From an uncultured bacterium (GTDB lineage: Bacteria > Patescibacteriota > JACMRA01), in the NCBI GenBank assembly GCA_963784355.1, contig CAWAQU010000012.1, forward strand, positions 135,760-199,759: 64,000 nt of DNA, given 5' to 3'. Made by a program: the position numbers and the translations under genes. Position 1 is the first letter of the stretch. Each line of letters begins with the position of its first letter. Below, one piece after another: positions 1 to 9,400 of the stretch. The notes under the pieces were generated by a model. It did not search any database, was not told the DNA's origin, and saw only the letters and a program-made list of their open reading frames with translations.

Positions 1-674
1 TAATTCTGGTCTGTTGAAATTGTTTTGGAAGTTCTGAGCCTGTAACCGAGGCCGCGAGTTGTTGTAATGGGGTCATAAGTAAATTTTTGGCGGATTGATT
101 TTATATGTCTCTCAATTACGTTGGAGTAGGGGTTTGCGGACTGATCATAAATAGCTCGAATCAAGCTGGTTCGAGATATCATTCTGCTTGGATGATCAAA
201 AAAATATTTGAGTATTTTGTATTCTGTGGCTGTTAAATCTACTGGTTCACCTTTTTCCAAAAACCTTTGATTTAGCCTATCTAGTTCAATTTCTCCAACC
301 TTAAAATCCTCAGGTAAAGACCGTCTTAGTAAAGCATTGATTCTGGCAATTAGTTCTGGCCATTCAAAAAATTTAGGTAAATAATCATCAGCCCCAAAAT
401 CCAGCCCGGTTACTTTATCATTTGTTTCACCCTTGGCGGTGAGCATCATTACGGGGGTAAGTAAATGCTGACTTCTCCAGTGCCGCAGTAAATCAATGCC
501 AGAAAATCCGGGCAGCATCCAGTCAAGTAATACCAAATCAAACTCACTGATATTTATAGCTCTTGCAACCAAGCCATTGTTGATTATTGTTGTATCAAAA
601 CCAGCCTGTTTCAAGCCTTTCTCAAGAGTTTTGGCCATTCTATCTTCATCCTCTACAATTAATATGTGAGACAT
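1..674 (-). CDS. OmpR/PhoB-family two-component response regulator (stop codon at window edge)
   Basis: Manual translation from ATG 674: MSHILIVEDEDRMAKTLEKGL...DLVLLDWMLPGFSG...PVMMLTAKGETNDKVTGLDFGADDYLPK...LTATEYKIL...TTRGLGYRL. Receiver plus winged-helix motifs. Missing from the ORF track because it runs off the edge. Confidence 0.93.
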   Translation of the reverse strand, partial: MSHILIVEDEDRMAKTLEKGLKQAGFDTTIINNGLVARAINISEFDLVLLDWMLPGFSGIDLLRHWRSQHLLTPVMMLTAKGETNDKVTGLDFGADDYLPKFFEWPELIARINALLRRSLPEDFKVGEIELDRLNQRFLEKGEPVDLTATEYKILKYFFDHPSRMISRTSLIRAIYDQSANPYSNVIERHIKSIRQKFTYDPITTTRGLGYRLRTSKTISTDQN

Positions 675-793
675 AATTGAATTATAGCCTATCTAAATGA
701 CTTTAAAATGACAAGGCTTGAATTAATATGCAAAAAATAAATGCTACATTTAAGTAGCAAATACTTTTACAGGTGAAGGATATTCAAATGGTT

Positions 794-970
794 TTATTTA
801 TCCTCTTCTATATCCTCATTTTCCAAACTTTGTGTAAATTCATCTATTTTTGCTTTAACGTATGGAATTGCAACAATTATTGCCGCCGCCCTTCTTAATT
901 CTTCTCTATTTTTCTCTTCCTTTGATTTTTCTTGATTGTTAATCTTTTTCTTAGGCGGTTGTTCGTTCAT
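794..970 (-). CDS. small hypothetical protein (58 aa)
   Basis: ATG 970 to TAA 794: MNEQPPKKKINNQEKSKEEKNREELRRAAAIIVAIPYVKAKIDEFTQSLENEDIEEDK. Starts 5 nt after the stop of the upstream gene. Confidence 0.55.
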   Translation of the reverse strand: MNEQPPKKKINNQEKSKEEKNREELRRAAAIIVAIPYVKAKIDEFTQSLENEDIEEDK

Positions 971-975
971 ATAAA

Positions 976-2625
976 TTATTTTTTAGATTTAAAAAAGTTA
1001 TTAAACTTTGAAAATACATTTGATTGTTCTTTTTCTTTTGACTTAGCGATTGCAGACAAGTTTACACCGTTAACTAATTGTCGCATTATAAAGCTATTTT
1101 TAGTGTTTTTAAATTTATCTGATGTGGCGTAAGCAAGAAATAGATTTACAATCAAGAAATTTTTATCGTTGGGACTATATAGTTTTTCTCCACCAGGATA
1201 GTTTGAGCTATCAAGCATTGTAAACAAGTCTTCAAATACTATTTCGAATTTTTCCAGACATGAGTCAAAAACTTGGTCATACACATTTTCTATTCCTAGA
1301 TTTTTTTTCCATGTTTTTTGACCGTAGGTACTCCTATACACTAATTTTAACATATCGTCAAGACTGAAGTCTTCGCCTGTTTCATTTACAAAATGGTATG
1401 TATTCAACTTCTTCCATACAAAATTTAAGAAATCATTGGACACTTCTTTTAATTCAGCTAGTACATTTTTGTAATTCTGACTATCTGATGTAGATACTAC
1501 AAAATGTGTTGCTTTTTTAAAAGAGTTTAAAAATTTAACTGGGGAGTTTTTATTTGATTCTCTGAGGTAAGTTACAAATTCTTGGTATCCCGGCAACTCT
1601 TTAATATTGATAGAAAGCTCCTCTTGAGGCATAAATTCTTTTGGTGAATGCTTAGGTAGATCTTGATTTGTTGTAAATTCTAATGAATTTTGCTCTTGTG
1701 GTGCTTTTTGAGACTCTTGAGTTGCTTTAAAATTTGACGCGTTGTTAGTTTTAATGGTCTTTGTCGCAAAAGAAGCAAATTTTCTGTTTTTATCATTTTC
1801 CAATTGCTTTTTGTATTCTTTTTCTTTCTCTAATTGTTCTTCTTTTAGTCGATTTGCTTTGTCTTGATTCATTTTATTTGTTTCGCGCTCCTCAATAAAT
1901 TTGCCAAAGATAGGAATAAACTTAACAGATGACTTCATGGAATCAGGGGATGATTCAATTATATCACTATGTAACTTAAAAATTTCTCCAAAATCAGAAC
2001 TGTATTCAGTATTACTATAAAGAATCTCTGGTAATTTTTCATTTAAAGCCTGGTTTATAGCTAAATTTGCAATTTTTTTTGAATCAGTAATTTCTTTAGT
2101 TTTTGAATACTCATTAATAATTTTTCTAGCCCTTTGCTGAATGGATATATCAGATTTCCAAATATTTTTAGTTGTGTTAGCTACCGCTATATCTATTAAT
2201 TTTAGAATATAAAGTCTATCGGCAAATTTTTCGGTATCTTTATTTCTTTTAATATTGATCAGTTCATGTAAAATCTGATTTTGAAATAAATTATGAAATT
2301 CTTTGGATTTCAATATTGTAATTTTATTTTCAGCAAATATTTGAGGTAACGCATCTACCGCGTCTGGATATTTTAACATGATTTCGTGTTTGTGATCTTC
2401 AAATACTTGATCTTTAGTATCTTTAAATGACAATATTTTATTGCTGCGTTCAGCTGTTTTTATTCTTTTATTGATTTCAACGTTGTATTTGGAATTAGGG
2501 CCATCTATTTGATTTACCATCCAACTTTTAGCATTTTCTTCTAATTTTTTAATAACAATCTTTACAGTTTCTATCTTTATAGCTTCAGGATTATTTTTGT
2601 TAGGGTTGTTGGTTTGCTCATTCAT
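976..2625 (-). CDS. hypothetical protein (~549 aa, coiled-coil middle)
   Basis: Long ORF; likely start is ATG 2625 (MNEQTNNPN) rather than TTG 2697. No recognisable motif. Confidence 0.75.
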   Translation of the reverse strand: MNEQTNNPNKNNPEAIKIETVKIVIKKLEENAKSWMVNQIDGPNSKYNVEINKRIKTAERSNKILSFKDTKDQVFEDHKHEIMLKYPDAVDALPQIFAENKITILKSKEFHNLFQNQILHELINIKRNKDTEKFADRLYILKLIDIAVANTTKNIWKSDISIQQRARKIINEYSKTKEITDSKKIANLAINQALNEKLPEILYSNTEYSSDFGEIFKLHSDIIESSPDSMKSSVKFIPIFGKFIEERETNKMNQDKANRLKEEQLEKEKEYKKQLENDKNRKFASFATKTIKTNNASNFKATQESQKAPQEQNSLEFTTNQDLPKHSPKEFMPQEELSINIKELPGYQEFVTYLRESNKNSPVKFLNSFKKATHFVVSTSDSQNYKNVLAELKEVSNDFLNFVWKKLNTYHFVNETGEDFSLDDMLKLVYRSTYGQKTWKKNLGIENVYDQVFDSCLEKFEIVFEDLFTMLDSSNYPGGEKLYSPNDKNFLIVNLFLAYATSDKFKNTKNSFIMRQLVNGVNLSAIAKSKEKEQSNVFSKFNNFFKSKK

Positions 2626-2763
2626 AAATTGGTATTTTTTATTTTTGTTTGAATTTTTTATGCAGGGTATTATTGCATACGTTTTGTTTTTATACAAATA
2701 CTTAACCAGCAGAGCAGGCTTAAATTGACAAATTTTGTCTAAACAGGCTAACTTTCAGTAGTA

Positions 2764-2863
2764 ATTAAATAAATTATGCTTTGCCCAGTTTGTAAAATCC
2801 CATTGAAATTAACATTAAATAAATTATGCTTTGCCCAGTTTGTAAAATCCCATTGAAATTAAC
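2764..2863 (+). repeat. perfect 50-bp tandem duplication covering the start of the zinc-ribbon gene
   Basis: attaaataaattatgctttgcccagtttgtaaaatcccattgaaattaac occurs at 2764-2813 and 2814-2863. Confidence 0.95.
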
Positions 2864-3134
2864 TTTTAGAGAGGATATTGAAATTGACTATTGTGAGCAG
2901 TGTAGGGGTGTTTGGTTAGATAGGGGTGAGCTTGATAAATTAATTGAAAAGTCAAAAAAATACGACAATCATACCTATAGTCAATCAGCTCCTGTACAAC
3001 CTCAGCAAGTAAATGATCACCATTATGCTGAACATAGAGACGATAAAAACCACCACAACCAATATCCACAACATGGCAAACCTCATAAAAAGAAAGATTC
3101 TTTTCTAGGGGATGTGTTTGATATCTTTGGTTAA
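2826..3134 (+). CDS. zf-TFIIB domain (zinc-ribbon) protein
   Basis: CPVC...EIDYCEQCRGVWLDRGELDKLI, His-rich tail and KKKDSFLGDVFD C-terminus typical of this family. Confidence 0.9.
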   Translation: MLCPVCKIPLKLTFREDIEIDYCEQCRGVWLDRGELDKLIEKSKKYDNHTYSQSAPVQPQQVNDHHYAEHRDDKNHHNQYPQHGKPHKKKDSFLGDVFDIFG

Positions 3135-3259
3135 TCAAAGTGCTTTAAGTAATACTTACCTTTTAAAAAGGAAGACAATGGGCTTAAGATAGTCCGAAAT
3201 TTTGTTATACCAAGTCACTTGGCACAAATTGATATATTAAAGCTCTTAGCCAAAGAAAA

Positions 3260-3487
3260 TTAATCCACTTTTTCTACTTCGCTGGACAGTTTCAAAACTT
3301 TATCTCCATCCTTTTGCTTGATCAATAGTGCCGGATTTTTTGAGCTTCCGTGTCTTGTAATTGTGCTGTCTTTAATTTCTTTTTCAATATCTTTTTCGTA
3401 AATCTCCATAACCTTTCCCTAAGCAGTTCCATTCCCCCATTTCCAAGATACTAAATCACCTTTTTGAATTTTATTTTTATTAGTCAT
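3260..3487 (-). pseudogene. DUF2945 / hypervirulence-associated Tudor-like protein with an in-frame TAG
   Basis: MTNKNKIQKGDLVSWKWGNGTA*GKVMEIYEKDIEKEIKDSTITRHGSSKNPALLIKQKDGDKVLKLSSEVEKVD; TAG at 3421-3419. Confidence 0.8.
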
Positions 3488-3764
3488 AGTAACTGCAGCT
3501 TAAAAAATTTCGATGCTTTTCGTCAATAATTTTTGTGTTTAATGTAGTTCTAGAATTACAAAGTATTTTTCAGACATTATCAATTTGATACGCCTACCTT
3601 TTTAAACAACTAGATAACATAAGGCTGGCTGATCTGATTATTATAGTTATACGAAGTAAATTTGATATTATTTTTACTAATTATGGATAGTTATAAGGCT
3701 ACATTTGTATTATAAAAGTAGCAATTTAATTATTTCATATATCATTCATATTCTAAAAAGTGAA

Positions 3765-3793
3765 TTGACAAAAGGTAATAAACTTTTTATATT
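3765..3793 (+). promoter_or_regulatory. sigma70 promoter, likely leaderless transcript of the LexA-like gene
   Basis: TTGACA (3765-3770), 17-nt spacer, TATATT (3788-3793); ATG follows 6 nt later. Confidence 0.6.
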
Positions 3794-3799
3794 CTATAC

Positions 3800-4408
3800 A
3801 TGTCTACAAACGATTTTAGATATCTCGAGCAGCGGCTTTTAGACGAGTTTAGCAAGCCTATGCATATGGGTATTTCTGAGCTTGCTACTGAGCTTGGCAT
3901 GAAAGACAATACAACACTTTTGTACCATATTCGTAAGCTTGTGAATGCAGGGTTCTTAATTAAGCTAAAGAAGGGAAGTTATAAAACATTGTTGAGTGTG
4001 AATACCGTAAATAGTAACATAATGGAAATACCCTTTTTTGGTAATGCCAGATGTGGAGATGGGGGAGAGTTACTTGAAGATTATCCTGACTACTATCTTC
4101 CAATGAGCACTCAAATGGTAAAACACAACTCTAAAGAATTATTTGCCTTGAAAGCTATAGGAGATTCTATGCGACCTGTAATTACTGAGGGTGATACTAT
4201 TATTGCTGAAAAATATACAAGTAATGTACCTGATAAAAAAAGTTTTTATGTGGTTACAAATAACCAAGAAGTATTGATAAAAAGAGTTTTATTTTCTAAA
4301 GATGGTAGCTTTTTACTTTCTACCAACCCTGAACACTTACCGATTCCTATTAATAAGGAAAATTTCAACATTGTCGGAAAAGTAGTAGGAGTATATAAAA
4401 ATTTTTAA
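3800..4408 (+). CDS. LexA/cI-like repressor (HTH + S24 autopeptidase)
   Basis: N-terminal HTH (ISELATELG...YHIRKLVNAGFL), IPFFGNARCG cleavage region, FALKAIGDSM (catalytic Ser), VLIKR (catalytic Lys), IVGKVVGV. Confidence 0.85.
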   Translation: MSTNDFRYLEQRLLDEFSKPMHMGISELATELGMKDNTTLLYHIRKLVNAGFLIKLKKGSYKTLLSVNTVNSNIMEIPFFGNARCGDGGELLEDYPDYYLPMSTQMVKHNSKELFALKAIGDSMRPVITEGDTIIAEKYTSNVPDKKSFYVVTNNQEVLIKRVLFSKDGSFLLSTNPEHLPIPINKENFNIVGKVVGVYKNF

Positions 4409-4445
4409 TAAATATTATGATTTACCAGACTAATTAACAATACTT

Positions 4446-4841
4446 ATGCCTACAGACACAAAAAATTTCTCACTATGGGTTAATCAAAAGACTGAATTAG
4501 AGCAAAATCTGTCCAGATTAAACTTTAGGGAAAGAGAAGTTTGGTCTTGTTACTGGGGCTGTAATATTGGATATGAATTAGATGGTAAAAGTGATTTTCT
4601 CCGCCCTATTTTAATTATTAAAAAAGTGAGCCCTGAGACTTTTTTGGCAGTACCTCTTACTAGTAGATTAAAAGATGGCTCCTGGTACCACAAGAGTAAT
4701 GTTGAGGGTAAAGAAGGAAGGTTTGTATTGCCGCAAATTAGAATGGTTGATGCAAAGCGGTTAAAATATTTTATTTCCAGGTTAAATGAAACTGACTTTA
4801 AAAGTGTCCGGCAAGCCTTTATAAAATTCATTATCTCTTAA
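4446..4841 (+). CDS. PemK/MazF-family toxin (endoribonuclease-like)
   Basis: FREREVWSCYWGCNIGYELDGKSDFLRPILIIKK...AVPLTS...LPQIRMVDAKRL. Confidence 0.85.
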   Translation: MPTDTKNFSLWVNQKTELEQNLSRLNFREREVWSCYWGCNIGYELDGKSDFLRPILIIKKVSPETFLAVPLTSRLKDGSWYHKSNVEGKEGRFVLPQIRMVDAKRLKYFISRLNETDFKSVRQAFIKFIIS

Positions 4842-4861
4842 AGTGTTGACTGAAATTAGGC

Positions 4862-4912
4862 AAAAAAAATACCTCCCGGTTGAGAGGAGGATCGGACTTA
4901 CGTCAAAACTAC
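4862..4912 (-). ncRNA. candidate small RNA convergent on the PemK gene
   Basis: Minus-strand TTGACA (4946-4941), 17 nt, TAATAT (4923-4918). Transcript contains a GAC-GUAA-GUC hairpin, then CCUCC-loop-GGAGG and a U-tract. Confidence 0.55.
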
Positions 4913-5141
4913 TTTTAATATTAGATTAAAATAATGAATTTGTCAAATATAAAATACTGAGCCTAAGGCAATTATATTCAAATAGAAATAAGGCTTAATA
5001 AAAAAAGATGGTCTATCAGACCAGTAAAATCAAGAGTATAATCTACTGTAGAGCTTGACTACATTTATTTTAAACATCCATATTAGCCTAGATAAAAAAC
5101 TAAAAAATATATTACCAAAATAATACATAACACAAAAATTT

Positions 5142-7214
5142 ATGATTACAAACTTTTTTAAAACTATTTTAACAGCTGCCCTAATTTTATTAATAGGAGT
5201 AGGCCTGTTTCCAGTTCAGGCAAAAGCTATGAGTGCTAACTGGCAAAAAGGAATCAGTATATATCCAGCTAACCAAACCGTTTATGGTAGTAGTGATTTT
5301 AGACAATCTCTTTCAAACTACGCACAAACTGGAGGCAATTTTTTCAATTTTGTGGTACCATACTATCAGGCTAACAAGTACTCAAGCGATTTTTACCCTG
5401 GAAATAGTACACCTACTGATGAATCTTTGATTTCAGGTATCAATTATGCGAAAAGTTTGGGTTTGCAAACTGGTATTAAAATATTTGCAGAGATAAGCAA
5501 TGGTGACTGGAGAGCAGCGATAGAAGCAAGTAATAACCTGGCCTGGTTTAGCAATTATGGTAAAATTGTTACAAAATATGGCCAGCTGGGTCAGCAATAT
5601 GGGGTCGAGATAATAACTATCGGCACAGAAATGATAGGTATGTCAATTCCCTCGAAAAATAGTAACAATACCCAGGGCTGGCTTGATATTATTGCAAATA
5701 CCAGAAAAGTTTATTCGGGTAAATTAACTTATGGCGCTACACACCTTGGTGGGCAGGATGATGAAAAAAATCTGATTCAGTTTTGGCCACAATTGGATTA
5801 CATAGGTATTACAGCCTATTTTCAGCTAGCGGATAGTGATATAGGAAATCCGGGGGTAGATTATTTCAAAAACGTTTGGAATACAATAAACAATGAGCAA
5901 ATAAAACCGCTCTACACTAAGTACAATAAGCCCATTATATTTGCTGAGGTGGGTTACGAAAGTATTAACGCTAGCTATATTAATCCAGGGGATTATACAA
6001 GAGATGGTCCGGTAAATACTGAACTTCAAGCCACACTATATGAGGCCCTATTTTCATATTTTAGTAATTACGATTATATTGCGGGTATACATTTATGGGA
6101 GTGGAATAGTAATCCTAACACTGGAGGTATAGGCAATAAAGATTTTACCCCTCAAAATAAGCCAGCTCAAAAAGTAATGGAATCTTGGTTTAAATTTGGA
6201 TCAAGTCCTACAAAATTAAGCTTTCAATCAACCACAACAGTACCAACTACAACCCCAACTCTAAATCAACCTGTACAAGTAAATAATGTAATCAAAAATA
6301 CATCAACCTCAGCAGGATCATCTTTAGTAGATATTGAAATATACAACCAACAAGGACAAAAAGTATTTCAACAATACTATGAAAATCAAGGCTTTACAGC
6401 AAATGAATCAAAAAACTACAACGTAACCTACACTCCAACAACTACAGGTACATATACAGTTAAAGTAGGAGTATTTGGAAGTGGTTGGAATCCTAATTAC
6501 ATCTGGGATGATAAGGCTGTTGAGTTTAATGTAACTAATCAAATTGTAGCTCCTCTGAAATTCACATCAACCACAACAGTACCAACTACAACCCCAACTC
6601 TAAATCAACCTGTACAAGTAAATAATGTAATCAAAAATACATCAACCTCAGCAGGATCATCTTTAGTAGATATTGAAATATACAACCAACAAGGACAAAA
6701 AGTATTTCAACAATACTATGAAAATCAAGGCTTTACAGCAAATGAATCAAAAAACTACAACGTAACCTACACTCCAACAACTACAGGTACATATACAGTT
6801 AAAGTAGGAGTATTTGGAAGTGGTTGGAATCCTAATTACATCTGGGATGATAAGGCTGTTGAGTTTAATGTAACTAATCAAATTGTAGCTCCTCTGAAAT
6901 TCACATCAACCACAACAGTACCAACTACAACCCCAACTCTAAATCAACCTGTACAAGTAAATAATGTAATCAAAAATACATCAACCTCAGCAGGATCATC
7001 TTTAGTAGATATTGAAATATACAACCAACAAGGACAAAAAGTATTTCAACAATACTATGAAAATCAAGGCTTTACAGCAAATGAATCAAAAAACTACAAC
7101 GTAACCTACACTCCAACAACTACAGGTACATATACAGTTAAAGTAGGAGTATTTGGAAGTGGTTGGAATCCTAATTACATCTGGGATGATAAGGCTGTTG
7201 AGTTTAGAATATAA
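5142..7214 (+). CDS. secreted glycoside hydrolase family 113-like protein with three C-terminal Ig-like repeats
   Basis: Signal peptide, TPTDESL, WRAAI, IGTEM (acid/base Glu), FWPQLDYIGITAY, PIIFAEVGY (nucleophile Glu), FTPQNKPA; three 113-aa repeats follow. Confidence 0.85.
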   Translation: MITNFFKTILTAALILLIGVGLFPVQAKAMSANWQKGISIYPANQTVYGSSDFRQSLSNYAQTGGNFFNFVVPYYQANKYSSDFYPGNSTPTDESLISGINYAKSLGLQTGIKIFAEISNGDWRAAIEASNNLAWFSNYGKIVTKYGQLGQQYGVEIITIGTEMIGMSIPSKNSNNTQGWLDIIANTRKVYSGKLTYGATHLGGQDDEKNLIQFWPQLDYIGITAYFQLADSDIGNPGVDYFKNVWNTINNEQIKPLYTKYNKPIIFAEVGYESINASYINPGDYTRDGPVNTELQATLYEALFSYFSNYDYIAGIHLWEWNSNPNTGGIGNKDFTPQNKPAQKVMESWFKFGSSPTKLSFQSTTTVPTTTPTLNQPVQVNNVIKNTSTSAGSSLVDIEIYNQQGQKVFQQYYENQGFTANESKNYNVTYTPTTTGTYTVKVGVFGSGWNPNYIWDDKAVEFNVTNQIVAPLKFTSTTTVPTTTPTLNQPVQVNNVIKNTSTSAGSSLVDIEIYNQQGQKVFQQYYENQGFTANESKNYNVTYTPTTTGTYTVKVGVFGSGWNPNYIWDDKAVEFNVTNQIVAPLKFTSTTTVPTTTPTLNQPVQVNNVIKNTSTSAGSSLVDIEIYNQQGQKVFQQYYENQGFTANESKNYNVTYTPTTTGTYTVKVGVFGSGWNPNYIWDDKAVEFRI
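6227..7206 (+). repeat. 339-bp tandem repeat, ~2.9 copies, identical by eye
   Basis: Units start at 6227, 6566 and 6905; they encode STTTVPTTTPTLNQPVQV...WDDKAVEF. Confidence 0.95.
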
Positions 7215-7254
7215 GGAATCCCAAATAGTAAAAAAACTTAATAAGAAAAATACT

Positions 7255-8262
7255 TTAGGTTAACACCCAAGAAAGATATTCCTCTAAATGATTTAATCTT
7301 GAGGTAATTTGTTTAATCGTTTGGGGTATTTGAATGTGTGCAATTTCTTTTTCATCATTTGAAGAGTTAGATAATATTCGATTTAGATTAAATTCCAGCC
7401 AGCTGATATTATCTACTAAACTAAAATATAAAGCATCTTTAATTAAATTTTTATCTACATCATTCGAGATAGTGTATGATTTAAAAATCTCTCTAAATAT
7501 TAATTCATTTGTTTCTCCGGTCGGTTCACTAGACCAGTCAAAAGCTAACCGAACTAACTCAACCAGTGGATTTGTATAACCGGCACTTTCCCAATCAATT
7601 ATTTGTGGTATACTTTGCTCAGTCCAGATAACGTTTTTTTTATCTAAATCTCTGTGACTTAGTACAATTGTATTCTGCAGGTTGGTAATTGAGGTATTAA
7701 CTAAATCAAAATTAATCCAATCTTTCATGTGCAGTATGAAATCTATACAATCCTTTTTCCAGCTAAAATCGGTAAATTCTATTCTTGTTTTTAAGTCCAG
7801 CCAAGTTGCATAATTTATATTACTCGGTATTATATTAGGCGTATCAAATTGTAAATTAGATTTATGGATTTTAGCTAAAACTGAGGCGATTTTTTTTGCT
7901 GTTTCAACTGTGATTAAATCACTATCTGTCAAAACGGTGCCCTCTATCCAAGGGTAAACAATAAAAAACTTATCATGTATCTTTGAAACAAAGTTATCTT
8001 CTTTACCACTTTCTAAAGCAGGAATGGCTTCAACTCCTAATGTTTTAAATTGTTTGGCAATTTTTTCACACCTATTCATATTTTGTATAAGACCCGGACG
8101 TAGCATAATTTCTGCATTTAATTCCTTAACTGCGTAGTTGCCTGTCTCTGTTTCCAGCATCCACATTTTGTGAATCAACCCTCCAGTTACTTTGGTAGGT
8201 AATTTAATAACTGATTTCAAATTATACTTAGTACAGACAATATTAGCCTCTTCTCCGGTCAT
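7255..8262 (-). CDS. aminoglycoside phosphotransferase/choline kinase-like protein
   Basis: TGGLIHKMW, YAVKELN, Brenner motif SHRDLDKKNVIW, IIDWESAG. Confidence 0.85.
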   Translation of the reverse strand: MTGEEANIVCTKYNLKSVIKLPTKVTGGLIHKMWMLETETGNYAVKELNAEIMLRPGLIQNMNRCEKIAKQFKTLGVEAIPALESGKEDNFVSKIHDKFFIVYPWIEGTVLTDSDLITVETAKKIASVLAKIHKSNLQFDTPNIIPSNINYATWLDLKTRIEFTDFSWKKDCIDFILHMKDWINFDLVNTSITNLQNTIVLSHRDLDKKNVIWTEQSIPQIIDWESAGYTNPLVELVRLAFDWSSEPTGETNELIFREIFKSYTISNDVDKNLIKDALYFSLVDNISWLEFNLNRILSNSSNDEKEIAHIQIPQTIKQITSRLNHLEEYLSWVLT

Positions 8263-8423
8263 ATCATATATTATTTATGTTAGTTTTATCATTAAGAACA
8301 GAGATACTATAGCCAATGTTGTCAATTACTATATCCATATGATGGTTCAATGTATGTGGCGTTACTACCATGATTCAAATGACTTTGACATAAATTAAGC
8401 TACGGTCAAAAATACCACAATCC

Positions 8424-8939
8424 ATGAAACAATTACAAAAAATAGATCTACTTACAAACTTTACATTCAACCGTATTCATAAGAGATTTATGGTGATTTA
8501 TGATTTGGATGATATGCGCAAAGTTTGGAAAAAAGTTAGTTCAGAGTGGAAAAAATATAAAGGTGAAAAATTGCCTAAACGATTTAAAAAATATCCGGAG
8601 ATTTGGGCAGAATTAAATTATTGGATAGAAGAAAAAATTTCTAAATTTGTAGCAGATGGTGGTGAAGACGTAAACTATTTGAATAAAGCTGATTTAAAAG
8701 AGCGTGGCTGGGATGAAAAAATTCTTAAATCTTTATATCCAAATCCTGATAAACGAATTTATTTGGGACGCGGTCGTTGGGCTTATTATTATAATGCTGG
8801 TAGACTAGGGGAGCTAGAAGATAGCGAAGAATTTATTGAGTATGTTGAAGTGAAGTTGGAGCGCAAAAGAAAACGTGAAATGTCGAAATTAGCAAAAAGC
8901 AAGAAAAATACCGGCTTTGGTACAGAATTTATTCACTAG
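8424..8939 (+). CDS. hypothetical protein
   Basis: 171-aa ORF with TTGACA upstream; LKERGW...PD...YY...E.SEEF pattern; function unknown. Confidence 0.7.
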   Translation: MKQLQKIDLLTNFTFNRIHKRFMVIYDLDDMRKVWKKVSSEWKKYKGEKLPKRFKKYPEIWAELNYWIEEKISKFVADGGEDVNYLNKADLKERGWDEKILKSLYPNPDKRIYLGRGRWAYYYNAGRLGELEDSEEFIEYVEVKLERKRKREMSKLAKSKKNTGFGTEFIH

Positions 8940-9010
8940 GGTACAAATCAATTATAGTCTTAACTCAAGTCAATTGACGTTAGGTGAAATCTGTGCTAAA
9001 AGGTTATGAA

Positions 9011-9400
9011 ATGATTAATTATAACGATAGACCAGAAAGATTTGGTTTTTTCCGAAAATTCGGCATATTTCAAATAGTTTTTGTATTACTATTTACGTGG
9101 TCCTTGGCTCCTACATTTATAATCAAGCCGTATTTTGATTTTAATAATCTGAACTATACTACTATAAAAGTGAAAAATAAAGAAAGGACCTGTTACTCAG
9201 ATCGTAATTGCAAATACTTAATTTATACTGAGAATGAAGTTTTTGAAAATACCGACTCTTGGATGGACCAAAAATACAATTCAGCTGATATCTATAACCA
9301 GCTTGATAGTGGAAAAACTTGTTATGTCAAAGTAAGAGGAAAGAGAGTAGTTTATTTTAGCTGGTTTAGAAATATAGTTGAGATAGATAACTGTAACTAA
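9011..9400 (+). CDS. membrane-anchored protein, DUF1523/phage-like family
   Basis: TM helix, then KVKNKER...KYLIYTENEVFENTDSW...KYNSADIY...GKRVVYFSWFRNI. Likely start is ATG 9011 (ORF track uses GTG 8984). Confidence 0.6.
   Translation: MINYNDRPERFGFFRKFGIFQIVFVLLFTWSLAPTFIIKPYFDFNNLNYTTIKVKNKERTCYSDRNCKYLIYTENEVFENTDSWMDQKYNSADIYNQLDSGKTCYVKVRGKRVVYFSWFRNIVEIDNCN

Noticed and set aside
3640-3662. loxP-like half site TATACGAAGT
   Set aside because: No matching inverted arm; expected by chance in AT-rich DNA.
3800-4841. Prophage immunity region
   Set aside because: No integrase, Cro, replication or structural phage genes nearby.
6227-7206. Diversity-generating retroelement template/variable repeat pair
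   Set aside because: The copies are identical with no adenine-specific mismatches, and there is no reverse transcriptase in the window.
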